From positions 128,001 through 192,000 of the forward strand of contig CAWAUM010000011.1 of the NCBI GenBank assembly GCA_963785235.1: 64,000 nucleotides of DNA, written 5' to 3'. Every line of letters starts with the position of its first letter. The stretch's first letter is position 1. The position numbers were made by a program, and so were the translations under genes. The stretch comes from an uncultured delta proteobacterium. GTDB taxonomy: Bacteria > Desulfobacterota > Desulfomonilia > UBA1062. Of this stretch, positions 40,719-54,623 are shown piece by piece. The notes beneath the pieces are model-generated. The model did no database searches. It saw only the letters and a program-made list of their open reading frames with translations, and was not told where the DNA came from.

Positions 40719-41475
40719 ATGGTCACTATCGGCGGCAGGGCGCACACCCTGGATGAGATCCATGAAGTTTGCAGGCTCGGCCTGCCCTTTGTGGAAATGT
40801 CGTTGGATGATCCTGAAACCGTACTGCGCTTTCTACCTGAACTCCTCAAGATGAAAGAAAAATATGGCATCACGTATCTTGCCCATTATCCCAACGAGGA
40901 TAATCCCTTTGATATAGGCATTCTCTCAGAGCGTTTCGTACCACGGATAAAGGCCCTCACAGATCTCTCGTGAAAAACTTGCAGTCCATAAGGCCACCAT
41001 GCATTTCTGGATGGACATAAGATGGGCCCCTGAAGGGCTGATAACTATGAAGCTTGAACTGCTCAAAGAGATTGTCGGGTATGCCTCTAAGTCAGGCCTT
41101 GTTATCTGTATTGAAAACTTGAGTGAGCGTGCCGAGAGTTTCCAGGTTGCATTCGATGCCATTGCAGATCTCAGGATGACCCTGGATATCGGCCATGCCC
41201 AGCTTCTTGCAAAGAAGAACACCTCGTTTAGTTTCATAGAGCACTGTTTTGAGAGAATCGCGCATGTACATGTCCATGACAACCATGGGGGCACAAGTGT
41301 GAAGGACGATCTCCACCTGGCCCTGGGGCAGGGGAGCGTGGATTACCATACTATCATCTCATCCCTTGTGCGCAGCGGGTACGATTCAACCATCACCATG
41401 GAGGTGAAGCCGTCTGACATGGCGCCTACGCGCGAAGCCCTTCAACGCTGCATACCCAATTACGGCCTTCCTTGA
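40719..41475 (+). CDS. Sugar-phosphate isomerase/epimerase TIM-barrel protein (frameshift near 40970)
   Basis: IENL, TLDIGHA, HVHVHDNHG..DLHL..GQGSVDY, TMEV. Confidence 0.8.
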
Positions 41476-41506
41476 CTTACAATCATCACCGGTTTAGAGA
41501 GAGAGG

Positions 41507-43199
41507 CATGGTATGCATGTCTCCCAAATGGGTGTTCAAAGGGCAGGTTGATGACAATGCGTTGCCCGCCCTGAAGTTTACCCCTGCCTTCCGGTCGCTT
41601 GTGCGTAGTCGGGGCATGCTGGATCCTGCTCAAGTCCTGGATTATCTAAGACCCAATCTCGGCCAGCTCAAAGATCCCAGGGGCATGTTAGGGATTCATA
41701 AGGCCTGCGAGCGGATTGTGCAGGCCATTGATAAAAAAGAGACCATAGGTGTCTTTACAGACTACGATGTGGATGGTGTGTGCAGCGCAGTGCTCATCCA
41801 TCGGTTTCTTGTATTCATCGGCTGTGAGCCTCCTGTAATCTTCATCCCTGACAGGATCACCGATGGATATGGCCTGAACAGGCGGGGAATTGAAGAACTG
41901 CATACTAAGGGGGTGAGCCTGCTCGTCACAGCCGACTGCGGGATAACGGCTGTTGAAGAGGTGGGCTATGCCAACTCTTTGGGCATGGATGTCATCATCA
42001 CGGACCACCATGAGATTGATTCCGATGTCCCGGATGCATACGCCCTGATTAATCCTAAGCAGCCCGATTGTCTTTTCTTCGGAGAAGACCTCTGCGGTAC
42101 AGGGGTGGTCTTTCACCTGATTGTAGCATTACGCTCCCTGCTCAGGGAGCGCGGCTTTGGCGACCTGCCAAACCTCAAGGATGAGCTCGATATCGTTGCC
42201 ATGGCGACTGTAGCAGATTCGGTCAATCTCTCCGGGGTAAATCGCATCCTGGTCAAAGAGGGGCTGAACGTTATGAACTCCACGCTGCGGGTAGGTATCC
42301 AGGCGCTTGTAAAGGTGGCTGGCATAAAAAAAGAAGTCATCTCGCGCGACCTGGGTTTTATTTTGGGACCTCGGATAAATGCAGCAGGCAGGATATCTGA
42401 TGCCAGAAAGGCCTTTGATCTGCTTACCACGGATGATGAGACAAGGGCTAATATCCTGGCTCAGGAGCTTGACGGTCTGAACAGAAAAAGGCAGATCCAT
42501 GAGCAGAAGGTCCTGGCCATGGCCCTTGATCAATTAAAAGAGCAGCCTCCTTTGGAAAATGTGACCGTTGTATGGGGAAACGACTGGCACATCGGTGTTC
42601 TTGGTATTGTAGCATCACGGCTGGTGAATATCTACTCCAGGCCCGCCATAGTAGTGTCATTCATGGATGGCATCGGCACCGGTTCTGGCAGGTCGCTGGT
42701 GGGCATTGATCTGCACCGCTCTCTTGGTACCACGAATGGGCTGCTCAGCAGTTTCGGGGGGCACAAGATGGCCGTTGGATTGAGTATTTCTGAAGAACGG
42801 ATCACCTTGTTCTCTCAGGCCCTCAATGAGGCCATGGTGTTACAGAAAAACGAAGGGCAGATGACGTTCAAGGTTGATCTCAAGATCTCACCCTTTGATC
42901 TTACGCAGGGTTTTTTAGATGAGCTTGAATTGCTTTCCCCTTTCGGCGAAGGCAATCCTGAGCCGGTTTTCCTGATTCCATCCATGGAAATCGTGGGACG
43001 AAAGGTTTTTGAAGATGGCCAGACAAAGCTGATACTGAGGCATTCAAACAGGGTCTTTCATACGCTGCGGTGTGCTGTTGACTCTGAATTCTGTGAAAAA
43101 GGAAGATGCCTTGATGTAGCCTTTTCGCCGGTAAAGATACGCCTCAATGGGCATGATTATCTCTATCTGTCTATTAAGGCGCTTTCTGCTTCGAGCTGA
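41507..43199 (+). CDS. recJ: ssDNA exonuclease RecJ
   Basis: DYDVDG, PDR..DGYG, DCG, TDHH, GPRINAAGR, GSGRS, GGH, PFGEGNPEP. Confidence 0.95.
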
Positions 43200-44109
43200 A
43201 TTGTTCAAGTAATGTCGTCTGGTCATTAAGGTACGTCTGGATCTCTTTGGGGATGAACCCCTTAGTGATCCTTGGGTGGCCTATGAGGAGCAGTGCAAAG
43301 ATACAAAGGACGAGCACAACATAGAGCGATGCCTGCTTGACCTTGCTCAGAAAGAGGCTCCGGGCAATGGATACATCACGTATGTCCTTGGCTCCCTCTG
43401 GAAATACCTCTACGAGACCGATATCGATAAGCCTGACCAGAGAGCTCAATGCCTCAAACGGGGGTTCGAGCGATTCCTTTACTATGCGTTCGACCGTCCT
43501 TTTTTCGTCGATCAGGTCATAGATATGCAGATCCACATCGCTCAGTTCATGATGACCCACGATCTCCTCGGTGATGGGGATGATGGTTACAGGGCAATAA
43601 TCCACCGGAGGTATCTTCTGCTTGATGGTGGGCCATTCGTCGATGATGCGTAATGTGTCGAGGATGGCGCCTTCTGTGGGTATGTGGCAGGAGAGCATGC
43701 TCGTTGATTCGGTATTCCAGTCATCGAATTTATAACCGCCCTCCCTCCACTGGAACACCTCAAGCAGGGTCTGCTTTATGACTACATTGGTTGCCCTCTC
43801 CAGGAATATTTTTTTCAACTGGCCTTTAGAGATTAATATCTCATGCCAGCGCTCTGAGTTTTTCTTCTCGTTTTCAAAGGCTGCCTTAAGGTCTTTTTCA
43901 TTGACATAGCCTGCCTTGAGGAGAACGTCGGAGCGGGGATCCCTCTCCCATTGATCAGAGGTTATGCCCACGATGACACCGTTTTCAAAGGTAATGGTCA
44001 CATTGGCCTTGGGTGAGGAGAGGATCAGCGCCCCTGTCTTCATCTGCTGGGAGATGAGCTGGAAAATCTCTGTGACGCCGAACCCTTTAAGTGTCCCGAG
44101 TAGTGACAT
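43174..44109 (-). CDS. DUF4388 (PatA-N-like) domain membrane protein
   Basis: MSLLGTLKGFGVTEIFQLISQQMKTG, FQWREGGYKF, DEWP; C-terminal TM. Confidence 0.85.
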   Translation of the reverse strand: MSLLGTLKGFGVTEIFQLISQQMKTGALILSSPKANVTITFENGVIVGITSDQWERDPRSDVLLKAGYVNEKDLKAAFENEKKNSERWHEILISKGQLKKIFLERATNVVIKQTLLEVFQWREGGYKFDDWNTESTSMLSCHIPTEGAILDTLRIIDEWPTIKQKIPPVDYCPVTIIPITEEIVGHHELSDVDLHIYDLIDEKRTVERIVKESLEPPFEALSSLVRLIDIGLVEVFPEGAKDIRDVSIARSLFLSKVKQASLYVVLVLCIFALLLIGHPRITKGFIPKEIQTYLNDQTTLLEQFSSKQKAP

Positions 44110-44111
44110 CT

Positions 44112-45635
44112 TTACACCCCGTACCTTATGGGAGGGGCCTTATAAGCCCTTAGCAAGAGCAGACTGAGAGATATTACACCGATGATCCGGATAATCCCTG
44201 TATACTCAATTGTGACCGGGGTGAAGGAGATAATGAATTGCCCCCCGGTTATAATGGCCACAAGCGACACGCTTAATACACTCATTCGGATGAGCGCGGT
44301 GCTTGTCCGGTTGGTCAGGAAAGAACCGAGGCCCGGCAGCATAAGCTCAAGCCTCAGAAGCTTCTGATAGCTGAAGGTCTTATATTTCCTGATCTCTTCT
44401 CTCTTATGGTGGAGTATGCTGTTTTGCTGCTTCTTTGCCTTTACATCGATCCAGTGGCACTGGAGGCACATGGGATTTCCTGTTGGTGTCCTTGCGCCGG
44501 AATAGTGCAGCTTACCACACCGGCTGCAACGCTTGGTAAATTTGTCATCAGGGACATAGCTCATAATGAGAAAGACAAGGAAGCATCCGAGTGCGAGGAA
44601 GATTGACGCCTTCCTTGGGATCATGCCAAAGGCCAAAGTCCAGAGGGCATCAGCAACGGACCAAAGCTCCTGGGAAGGTTTCATTTGCCGTGAAAGCAGT
44701 AACCTCAGCGGTGAGTATTCCTGTATATACCTGGTCCTTCCTACAGCATTTTCTTCATCCAAGAGCCGTCGTACCCTATCGGCATCAATACCGCTTGCCG
44801 TGGCTATGGCCTTTTCTCCCTCATAGAAGTTATAGGAAGACTGATAGAGCCTGGACAGGTTGTAGTAGTAGATTGCGTTATCCGGCATGAGAGCAATGGA
44901 GTTCTGGAAGGCCTTGAATGCCTCTTTGCTTTTCCCTGAGCCGATAAATGCCAGCCCTAAATGGTTGTAAAACCTCGGATTGCCGGGGTCCAGATCGATG
45001 CTCCGATTGAGGAGCCTGATGGCTTCCGAATAATTTGATCGGCGGATGTCGATAAGCGCCATGGTGTTCATGGGCTCAGCGTCAGCCGGGTGAGTGGAGA
45101 TCCATGATGAAATTGTAGCGGCATCCGTTTCATTGGCCAGATTATGTTCAGTTGCATAGATCTGTCTGGTGATCTGGTTTTCGGTATACGTGATGAAGCC
45201 CGCCCCTATATGGGCCAGCCAGCTGGACATGAGGATGAGGAATACAAAGAAGAATGCTATCCGTTTTTCAGCAGGGATCAGATATCCCCACAAGAAAAAG
45301 ATCCACCAGAGCAATAGCATCATGGGGCCTACATCGAAGAACAGGGGTATCAGCAGAATGAAAAACATCCACATGATAAGACCCTTGTCCGGCAGATCAT
45401 TATTGGTAAAAGCCCTGAGGTCATTGAGCATCTGTGGTGTATATTTGTAGATCAGGCACACTCCCACCAGGAAAAGGAACAAAAGCGTGGCTGTAATAAC
45501 GAAAAAGTAACTATTGCCCAGGATTGTGCTGATGACCGGCCAGGATAAGGGAACCCCATTGAGGGTGATTATCGGCAGGATTCCTGAAAGCATCGGGGCT
45601 GCTTGCACACCTTTAACCCTCTGGTTTGAAGCCAT
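44112..45635 (-). CDS. Membrane TPR protein with CxxC...CxxC motif
   Basis: TM helices, TPRs (NHLGLA, YYNLS), CSRCG...CLQC, LPGLG. Confidence 0.8.
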   Translation of the reverse strand: MASNQRVKGVQAAPMLSGILPIITLNGVPLSWPVISTILGNSYFFVITATLLFLFLVGVCLIYKYTPQMLNDLRAFTNNDLPDKGLIMWMFFILLIPLFFDVGPMMLLLWWIFFLWGYLIPAEKRIAFFFVFLILMSSWLAHIGAGFITYTENQITRQIYATEHNLANETDAATISSWISTHPADAEPMNTMALIDIRRSNYSEAIRLLNRSIDLDPGNPRFYNHLGLAFIGSGKSKEAFKAFQNSIALMPDNAIYYYNLSRLYQSSYNFYEGEKAIATASGIDADRVRRLLDEENAVGRTRYIQEYSPLRLLLSRQMKPSQELWSVADALWTLAFGMIPRKASIFLALGCFLVFLIMSYVPDDKFTKRCSRCGKLHYSGARTPTGNPMCLQCHWIDVKAKKQQNSILHHKREEIRKYKTFSYQKLLRLELMLPGLGSFLTNRTSTALIRMSVLSVSLVAIITGGQFIISFTPVTIEYTGIIRIIGVISLSLLLLRAYKAPPIRYGV

Positions 45636-46632
45636 CAAGCTTGATGGCCAGGTCTATTCTGTATACCTTCATATCGCCCTCAATTTTTACCCTGATCGGA
45701 ACACTGATTGCATTTGCCGATATAATTTCTGCATTATCCGTGCCCACGATCTGAATCCTGCCTACTGAGGTCTTGAGGCCGGTCTCGGTTACGCTGGGTT
45801 CTGGCTCATCATATCTGGTCAAATTCAGCTCAGGTTCCATAGGGCGCTCAGGCGAAGGCTCTTGTCCCTTTGGTGATGGAGCGCGTTGAGAAAGGCCGCT
45901 CTGAGGTGATATGGCGGTCCGGGGTATGCCGGAGTCGAATAAACCTTGCTGTGGCTCACCTTGAGAGGACAAACTTGGATGAGCCAGGCCGGGAGAGGCA
46001 GGGGTTTTTTCTGCCAGGGCGCCCTGTGTTCTGGGCTGTTTACCGCTTGTCCCCATTTCAATATGCTGGAGAACCATTTTGGTGATCTTGGTGAGTGTCT
46101 CAAGAACGCCTTCCCCGGTGGTGGCCACGGACTCGAAGGACGGATAACCATAGGGATTGATCATCTGTTCCATCTCAGCGACGGATGTGACATCTGGAAG
46201 GTCTCTCTTGTTATACTGGATTACTATGGGGATGGTCTTGATGCTCTTCCCATAGTAATTCAGGTTCTCTTCCAGATTGTTCAGGCTCTCAATGTTCTCT
46301 TCCATCTTATCCCGCTGAGAGTCTGCTACGAATACAAGGCCGTCCACCCCTGTGAGAACTGCCCTTCGTGTGGAATTGTAATATACCTGGCCCGGGACCG
46401 TGTAGAAGTGGAGCCTGGTTTTGAATCCGCGGATATTTGCGATTTCAATGGGCAGAAAATCAAAGAACAAGGTCCGGTCAGCCTCTGTTGCCAGAGAGAC
46501 AAGCTTGCCCTTCTGATCCGGCTTGAGGCTGGCATAGATGGACTGGATGTTTGTTGTTTTCCCGCACACGGAAGGTCCATAATAGACGATCTTCGCCGAG
46601 ATCTCTTTCTTGGAATAATTAATGACTGCCAT
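45613..46632 (-). CDS. mglA: MglA-family small GTPase with C-terminal extension
   Basis: KIVYYGPSVCGKTTN, DRTLFFDFLP, TVPGQVYY, FVADSQ, NKRD; GGAGG RBS before ATG 46632. Confidence 0.9.
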   Translation of the reverse strand: MAVINYSKKEISAKIVYYGPSVCGKTTNIQSIYASLKPDQKGKLVSLATEADRTLFFDFLPIEIANIRGFKTRLHFYTVPGQVYYNSTRRAVLTGVDGLVFVADSQRDKMEENIESLNNLEENLNYYGKSIKTIPIVIQYNKRDLPDVTSVAEMEQMINPYGYPSFESVATTGEGVLETLTKITKMVLQHIEMGTSGKQPRTQGALAEKTPASPGLAHPSLSSQGEPQQGLFDSGIPRTAISPQSGLSQRAPSPKGQEPSPERPMEPELNLTRYDEPEPSVTETGLKTSVGRIQIVGTDNAEIISANAISVPIRVKIEGDMKVYRIDLAIKLDGFKPEG

Positions 46633-47668
46633 ATTGTCCTCCACCCGCCAGGCGGATTATTTCAAGCTCAACATCTTTGAAATCCCTATGCTCTTTCTGA
46701 ATCTCCCTGAAGATGGACAAGGCTGCTGGATTATCACCCAAGGACTTGTATGTCTGGGCTATCTCGTAGAGGACCCCCACCTTCATTTCCGTGGATGTCT
46801 CTTCCAGCGATACCGCCTTCCCGAGAACGTCAAGAGACTCATGGAAGAGGCCCTTTTCCCTGTAGGTCAACCCAAGCATAACATAGGCATCATAGAGCTT
46901 CTCGCCCGTGCCGATAACCTTATTAAAAGACTCCACGGCCTCATCCAGAAGGCCTGTTTCCCTATAGGCAAGTCCCATATTGTATTGGAACAACGGATCA
47001 TCCATGCCTTCTTTTGAGGCGTTTTCCTCAATGGCCTTGAATACGGATTCCACACCTGTAGTATCCTCGTTGTCTTCAAAGGTTTCATCGATAGAGAACT
47101 CAGCCATTTCCTTTTCCAGTTGCTTGTCGAGTTCTTTGGTAAGATCATAGAAATCGGTTCGTTCAAACTCAGGCTTTGGAGCGGTCTTGGGAATGGCCTC
47201 TGTCATGGCCTTTTCCTTGACCTTGAAGGCGTGGACCTTCTTACTCATCTGGTTGATGGCCGGGTCCAACTCTGCTGCCTTCTGCATGTACATGGTGGCC
47301 TCTACGCTACTACCGTCCTTTTCGAGCATCTCTGCCAGCTTGACATACTGGGTTGCGGCCTCCCGGGAGAACCCCTGAACCCGATAGAGCTCGGCAAGCT
47401 TCTCATAAGGCCCTTCCCAGGATACGTTGATCTTGATCGCCTGCTTGTACAGCGCTATGGCCTTGGGGTAGAAACCTTTTTCACTGTAGATTTCTCCTAA
47501 ACGTACATAGACCTCGGAGGCGCTTTTGTGGTTGTTGGCCTTGAGATAGAGATCTCCCAGCTTCTTGAGGATCATGGTGTCGTTCGGGCGTTTTTCCAGG
47601 GCACCTTCACAGGCAGAGATCTCCTTGGATGCCTTGTTTCGCCCGAAGAGCTTGTCAAATATGCTCAT
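46619..47668 (-). CDS. TPR protein, compact SgmX/Bd2492-like
   Basis: N-terminal TPRs (LGDLY...GFYPKAIALYKQ), acidic linker FYDL..EL, C-terminal TPRs YNMGLAYRETGLLDEA. Confidence 0.7.
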   Translation of the reverse strand: MSIFDKLFGRNKASKEISACEGALEKRPNDTMILKKLGDLYLKANNHKSASEVYVRLGEIYSEKGFYPKAIALYKQAIKINVSWEGPYEKLAELYRVQGFSREAATQYVKLAEMLEKDGSSVEATMYMQKAAELDPAINQMSKKVHAFKVKEKAMTEAIPKTAPKPEFERTDFYDLTKELDKQLEKEMAEFSIDETFEDNEDTTGVESVFKAIEENASKEGMDDPLFQYNMGLAYRETGLLDEAVESFNKVIGTGEKLYDAYVMLGLTYREKGLFHESLDVLGKAVSLEETSTEMKVGVLYEIAQTYKSLGDNPAALSIFREIQKEHRDFKDVELEIIRLAGGGQYGSH

Positions 47669-47828
47669 CTTTTAACAAAACCTTTCTCTTGGATAGTGCT
47701 TCTAACAGTCACAGGCTATGATATATGGTTCATCGGAGTACGGATATACAAACTTTAACCGGATTATCAAGAGATAACAAAGGTGAAATACATTTCAATG
47801 ATTCTAAAAAAAGTGATACGTAAAAATA

Positions 47829-48878
47829 ATGACAATTCCGGCAAAAGAGAATGCAATGTCAATCCTGGAAAGGATATCCCGAAAAGGACCGGGAGAAGAC
47901 CTCCTCAAGGTTACTGACCTGCACACTGCTTTTTTCACCCCCGAGGGTGTGGTGAAGGCTGTAGACGGTGTAACTTTAACACTGAAGGCGGGGCATACAC
48001 TGGGCATTGTGGGTGAATCCGGATGCGGAAAGACCGTACTGGCCCTTTCCGTCCTCAGGCTGGTCCCTGATCCGCCGGGTAAGATCACGCAGGGTTGCAT
48101 CTTATTCGAAGGTATTGACCTGCTGGGCCTGGATGAGGAAAGGATGCGTGCCATAAGGGGCAATAAGATTTCCATGATCTTCCAGGAGCCCATGACCTCG
48201 CTTAACCCCGTGTTTACCATCGGCTCACAGATCGCCGAGGTGATCCTTCTACACCAGCAGAAGCTTGCGGGCTCAAAAAAACAGGCCCTGGAGATTGCTG
48301 CGGATATGCTGAACATGGTCGGCATACCCGAAGCCCACAAGAGGATAAGGGATTATCCACACCAACTCAGCGGGGGCATGTGCCAGCGCGTTATGATTGC
48401 CATGGCCATGGCATGCAGGCCCACACTGCTCATTGCCGATGAACCCACCACGGCATTGGATGTGACCACTCAGGCTCAGATCCTGGGTCTCATGAGAGAC
48501 CTCAAGGAAGAGATCGGCACATCCATAATCCTGGTGACCCATGATCTTGGCGTTGTCGCACAGGTATGCCAGGATGTGGCTGTCATGTATACAGGCCATG
48601 TAGTGGAATATTCACAAGCAGATGAGATCTTTTCAGAGCCCCTGCACCCTTATACAAAGGGGCTCATGAAGTCCGTACCAAGGCTCAGGGGCGCCTTCAA
48701 GGGAGAGAGGCTCTATGCCATACCGGGGAATGTCCCCACCTTCAAGGATATGCCCTTAGGATGCACATTCAATCCCCGGTGCCCTGAGGTGATGGACATA
48801 TGCAGGGCCGAGTTTCCCCCGATCTTTTACCCTCGTGCGGGCCGAGAGGTCAGCTGCTGGAGGTACAAAGGGACATGA
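47829..48878 (+). CDS. oppD: Oligopeptide ABC transporter ATPase (OppD/DppD)
   Basis: [35 protein letters not shown]. Confidence 0.9.
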   Translation: MTIPAKENAMSILERISRKGPGEDLLKVTDLHTAFFTPEGVVKAVDGVTLTLKAGHTLGIVGESGCGKTVLALSVLRLVPDPPGKITQGCILFEGIDLLGLDEERMRAIRGNKISMIFQEPMTSLNPVFTIGSQIAEVILLHQQKLAGSKKQALEIAADMLNMVGIPEAHKRIRDYPHQLSGGMCQRVMIAMAMACRPTLLIADEPTTALDVTTQAQILGLMRDLKEEIGTSIILVTHDLGVVAQVCQDVAVMYTGHVVEYSQADEIFSEPLHPYTKGLMKSVPRLRGAFKGERLYAIPGNVPTFKDMPLGCTFNPRCPEVMDICRAEFPPIFYPRAGREVSCWRYKGT

Positions 48879-49837
48879 ACCCTATCCTTAGTGTACAGGG
48901 GCTCAAGAAGTCCTTTCCCATCCGATCAGGCGCCTTCGGCAGGGCAGCCGGGTTTGTCCATGCCGTGAATGGTGTGGATCTCGAATTGTGGCCTAACGAG
49001 ACCTTGGGTCTTGTGGGGGAGTCGGGATGCGGCAAGACCACACTGGGTAGGCTGATCCTGAGGCTCTTGGACCCGGATAAGGGAAGTATCGACTTTGATG
49101 GGATGGATGTCTTGCAGGCAAATGGGGAAACCCTCAAGAAGATCCGCAGGGGCATGCAGGTGATCTTCCAGGACCCGTTGGGATCTTTGAATCCGAGAAA
49201 GAAGATCCGCTCCATCATTGAAGAGCCCATGATCGTCCACAAGACCGGGAACAAGGCCGAGATAAGCCGGAGGGTTCTGCTGTTGCTCGATATGGTCGGT
49301 TTAAGCACTGATATGCTGGGTCGTTATCCCCACGAGTTTTCAGGCGGACAGCGCCAGAGGATCTGTATTGCCCGGGCCCTGGCCATCAACCCCAAGCTCA
49401 TCATCTGTGACGAGCCGGTTTCCGCATTGGATGTATCTATCCAGGCCCAGGTCATAAACCTCCTGACCGATCTCCAGGCCCAGTTCAAGCTGTCTTATCT
49501 GTTCATCTCCCATGACCTTGCCGTTGTGGGATACCTGTCTCATCGCATTGCGGTCATGTACCAGGGCCGCATCGTGGAACTTGCGCCCTCACAGGCCATC
49601 TTCGACAACCCCCTCCACCCCTATACCCGGGGCCTTATGGCAGCAGTGCCTGAGGCTTTACCCAGGGCCCAGGGATCGATGTCGCTCCAGTCGCCTGCAG
49701 AAATCGCCGGCATTCAGAGCAGGACCGGTTGCCCATACAGGCCGTCCTGTCCCAAGGCCATGAAAGAATGCGACCTTGAAAGGCCGGAATTGAAGGAGGT
49801 AGAAAAGGGACACTTTGTGGCATGTTTCGGGATATAA
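48875..49837 (+). CDS. oppF: Oligopeptide ABC transporter ATPase (OppF/DppF)
   Basis: [33 protein letters not shown]. Confidence 0.9.
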   Translation: MNPILSVQGLKKSFPIRSGAFGRAAGFVHAVNGVDLELWPNETLGLVGESGCGKTTLGRLILRLLDPDKGSIDFDGMDVLQANGETLKKIRRGMQVIFQDPLGSLNPRKKIRSIIEEPMIVHKTGNKAEISRRVLLLLDMVGLSTDMLGRYPHEFSGGQRQRICIARALAINPKLIICDEPVSALDVSIQAQVINLLTDLQAQFKLSYLFISHDLAVVGYLSHRIAVMYQGRIVELAPSQAIFDNPLHPYTRGLMAAVPEALPRAQGSMSLQSPAEIAGIQSRTGCPYRPSCPKAMKECDLERPELKEVEKGHFVACFGI

Positions 49838-49898
49838 GGTTACCATATGATGACAATGGAATGTTACCAAGCTCATGTGAGAGGACAAGAGAGGTATT

Positions 49899-51759
49899 GT
49901 GGACGGAATACATGGGCGATCATATCTGAAAACCATATTCTGGTTTTTGCTGATAAACTCAATTGTCTCCATTAGCTGTCAATTATTCCTATATCCTTAT
50001 CAGTCCTGGGCCAGAGAGCCTTCTGAGCAGGCTTTTCATCCATGGGGCCCTTTTATCGAATGTTGCCCTGGCCTATCTCATATTGGCCGGTTTGCTCAGC
50101 ATAGGGGTTTTTGTTAAGAAAAGGACTCATGTATTTCTTGGTCTTGCGGTTCTCCTGGTTACGGTCATGCATATGCTCAACGTGCTGGATATCATCATTT
50201 TCCGCATATTCAAGTACCACATCAACTCCATGGTGCTGGTTCTCGTTTTCACTGAAGGCGCCCGGGATTCTCTGCACATAGGGGCTGGTACCGTACTCAC
50301 GTACAGTGCCATAGTAAGTGGCGTCATCGCCTTTGAGATATTCCTCATACGTCTGAGCCAGAAAAGGCTGAGCCCCATGTCCGTTACCAGGAAGATCGTT
50401 TGGGTGAGCCTGATAATGTCATTCGTGTTCATTCTTGCGGACAAGGTCACCTATGCGGTTTCAGACCTCTTTAATGTCAGAGACGTCATCCGGTACACCA
50501 AGGTGTTTCCGCTCTATCGGGGTATAACCATAAAAAGGTTCATGGCCAGGCATTTTGGATTTGAAACCGACAGCATGGATGGAATTTCTTTCAAGAAAGG
50601 ACATTCAACGCTTGTGTACCCACTGGAGGCCCTGTCGAAAACCGGGCCCGGAAAAAAACCGAACATCATCTATATCGTCGTAGATGCATGGCGCTTTGAT
50701 ATGCTGAGTGAGCATGTCGCCCCCAACATCCACAGGTTTTCACAAGAGGCCGTTGTCTTTAAAAACCATTACAGCGGCGGCAATGCCACCAGGTTCGGTA
50801 TCTTCACCCTTATTTACGGGGTATATGGGACCTACTGGCACCCCTTTTTAGCCGAGCAGCAGAGCCCTGTCCTGCTCGATGAGTTGATGAAGCTGGGCTA
50901 TGACTTCAAGATCATTTCCAGCTCCAAGCTCACCAATCCGGAGTTTCGCAAGACCGCCTTTGTGAAGCTGCCGCAGTACATCAATGATACCCTGCCCGGA
51001 ACAAACGCACAGGAGAGGGACCCGGAGCTGGCCAAGGCCTTTATCTCCTGGCTTGATGAACGTGACAAGAAAAAACCCTTCTATGCCTTCCTGTATTTTG
51101 ACGCCCCCCATGGACCCTATAGCTATCCCGACCGGTTTGAAAGGTTCACACCATCCAACAAGTCGCCCAACTATGTCACTGCAGGCAGGAAAGATGCAGT
51201 GCCGCTTTTCAATAGTTACCGGAATGCGGTCTTCTTTGATGACTTCCTTACGGGCAAGGTCTTAGGCGCCCTCAGGAAGCACGGCCTTATGAAGGACACG
51301 ATCATCCTCATTACCGGCGACCACGGCGAGGAGTTCTTCGAGGCCGGTAACTGGGGCCATACGAGCGATTTCTCAAAATACCAGGCTCGGGTGTCTTGTG
51401 TCCTGTACATACCGGGTTATCCCCACCAGGAAATCACCTATCCCACGAGCCACCTGGATGTGGCGCCGACCTTCCTCAAGATGCTGGGGTATTCAACCCC
51501 TGTGGAGAAATATTCCCAGGGCCAGGACCTCTTCACGCCCGGAGGACATGCGTCTGTAATGGTTTCCGGGTGGTCGGATTGTGCGATCATCGATTCCCAA
51601 AATACCATTGTGCTGCCAACAGAGACATACAATGCAGGAAGCTCAGAGGTGCGAACCACCGACACGTATCAGCTTGTGCCGGATGAAAATGCCGTGTTCA
51701 AGAAGAAGCAGGATACTATCATGGCAGTCATGAAGAGGATGGGTGTATTCCTGAAGTAG
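49899..51759 (+). CDS. YejM/PbgA-like (DUF3413 + sulfatase) inner-membrane protein (frameshift near 49970)
   Basis: ~5 TM helices, then NII.IVVDAWR, NHYSGGNATRFGIFTLIYG, TGDHGEEF, WGH, TSHLDV. Confidence 0.75.
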
Positions 51760-51766
51760 TTGTTTT

Positions 51767-54407
<2,641 letters not shown>

Positions 54408-54476
54408 CTCTTCTGTACTCCCTTGTTGCCAAATAATATTGTTGGGATTTGTTTGGATCACCCCAACCTGTATAAA

Positions 54477-54507
54477 TTGTAGGTTTTAGCAGCGGATGTT
54501 TCAAGAT
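54477..54507 (-). promoter_or_regulatory. Possible sigma32-type heat-shock promoter
   Basis: CTTGAAA-N14-ACCTACAAT upstream of clpB; the -10 match is weak. Confidence 0.3.
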
Positions 54508-54623
54508 CTTTTCTTGTGATTGCTTGACACCCCCCTTGCCATACGATAAATCTCCTAACAGGTTCGCCGGTCAGTATTATGGATTATGGATGGCGGCTCG
54601 GTTACACAGTTGGGAAGGGGCTT

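Noticed and set aside
40971-40998. TGA between the two TIM-barrel ORFs as a third Sec codon
   Set aside because: The downstream ORF is in a different frame, and there is no Cys-equivalent position or SECIS
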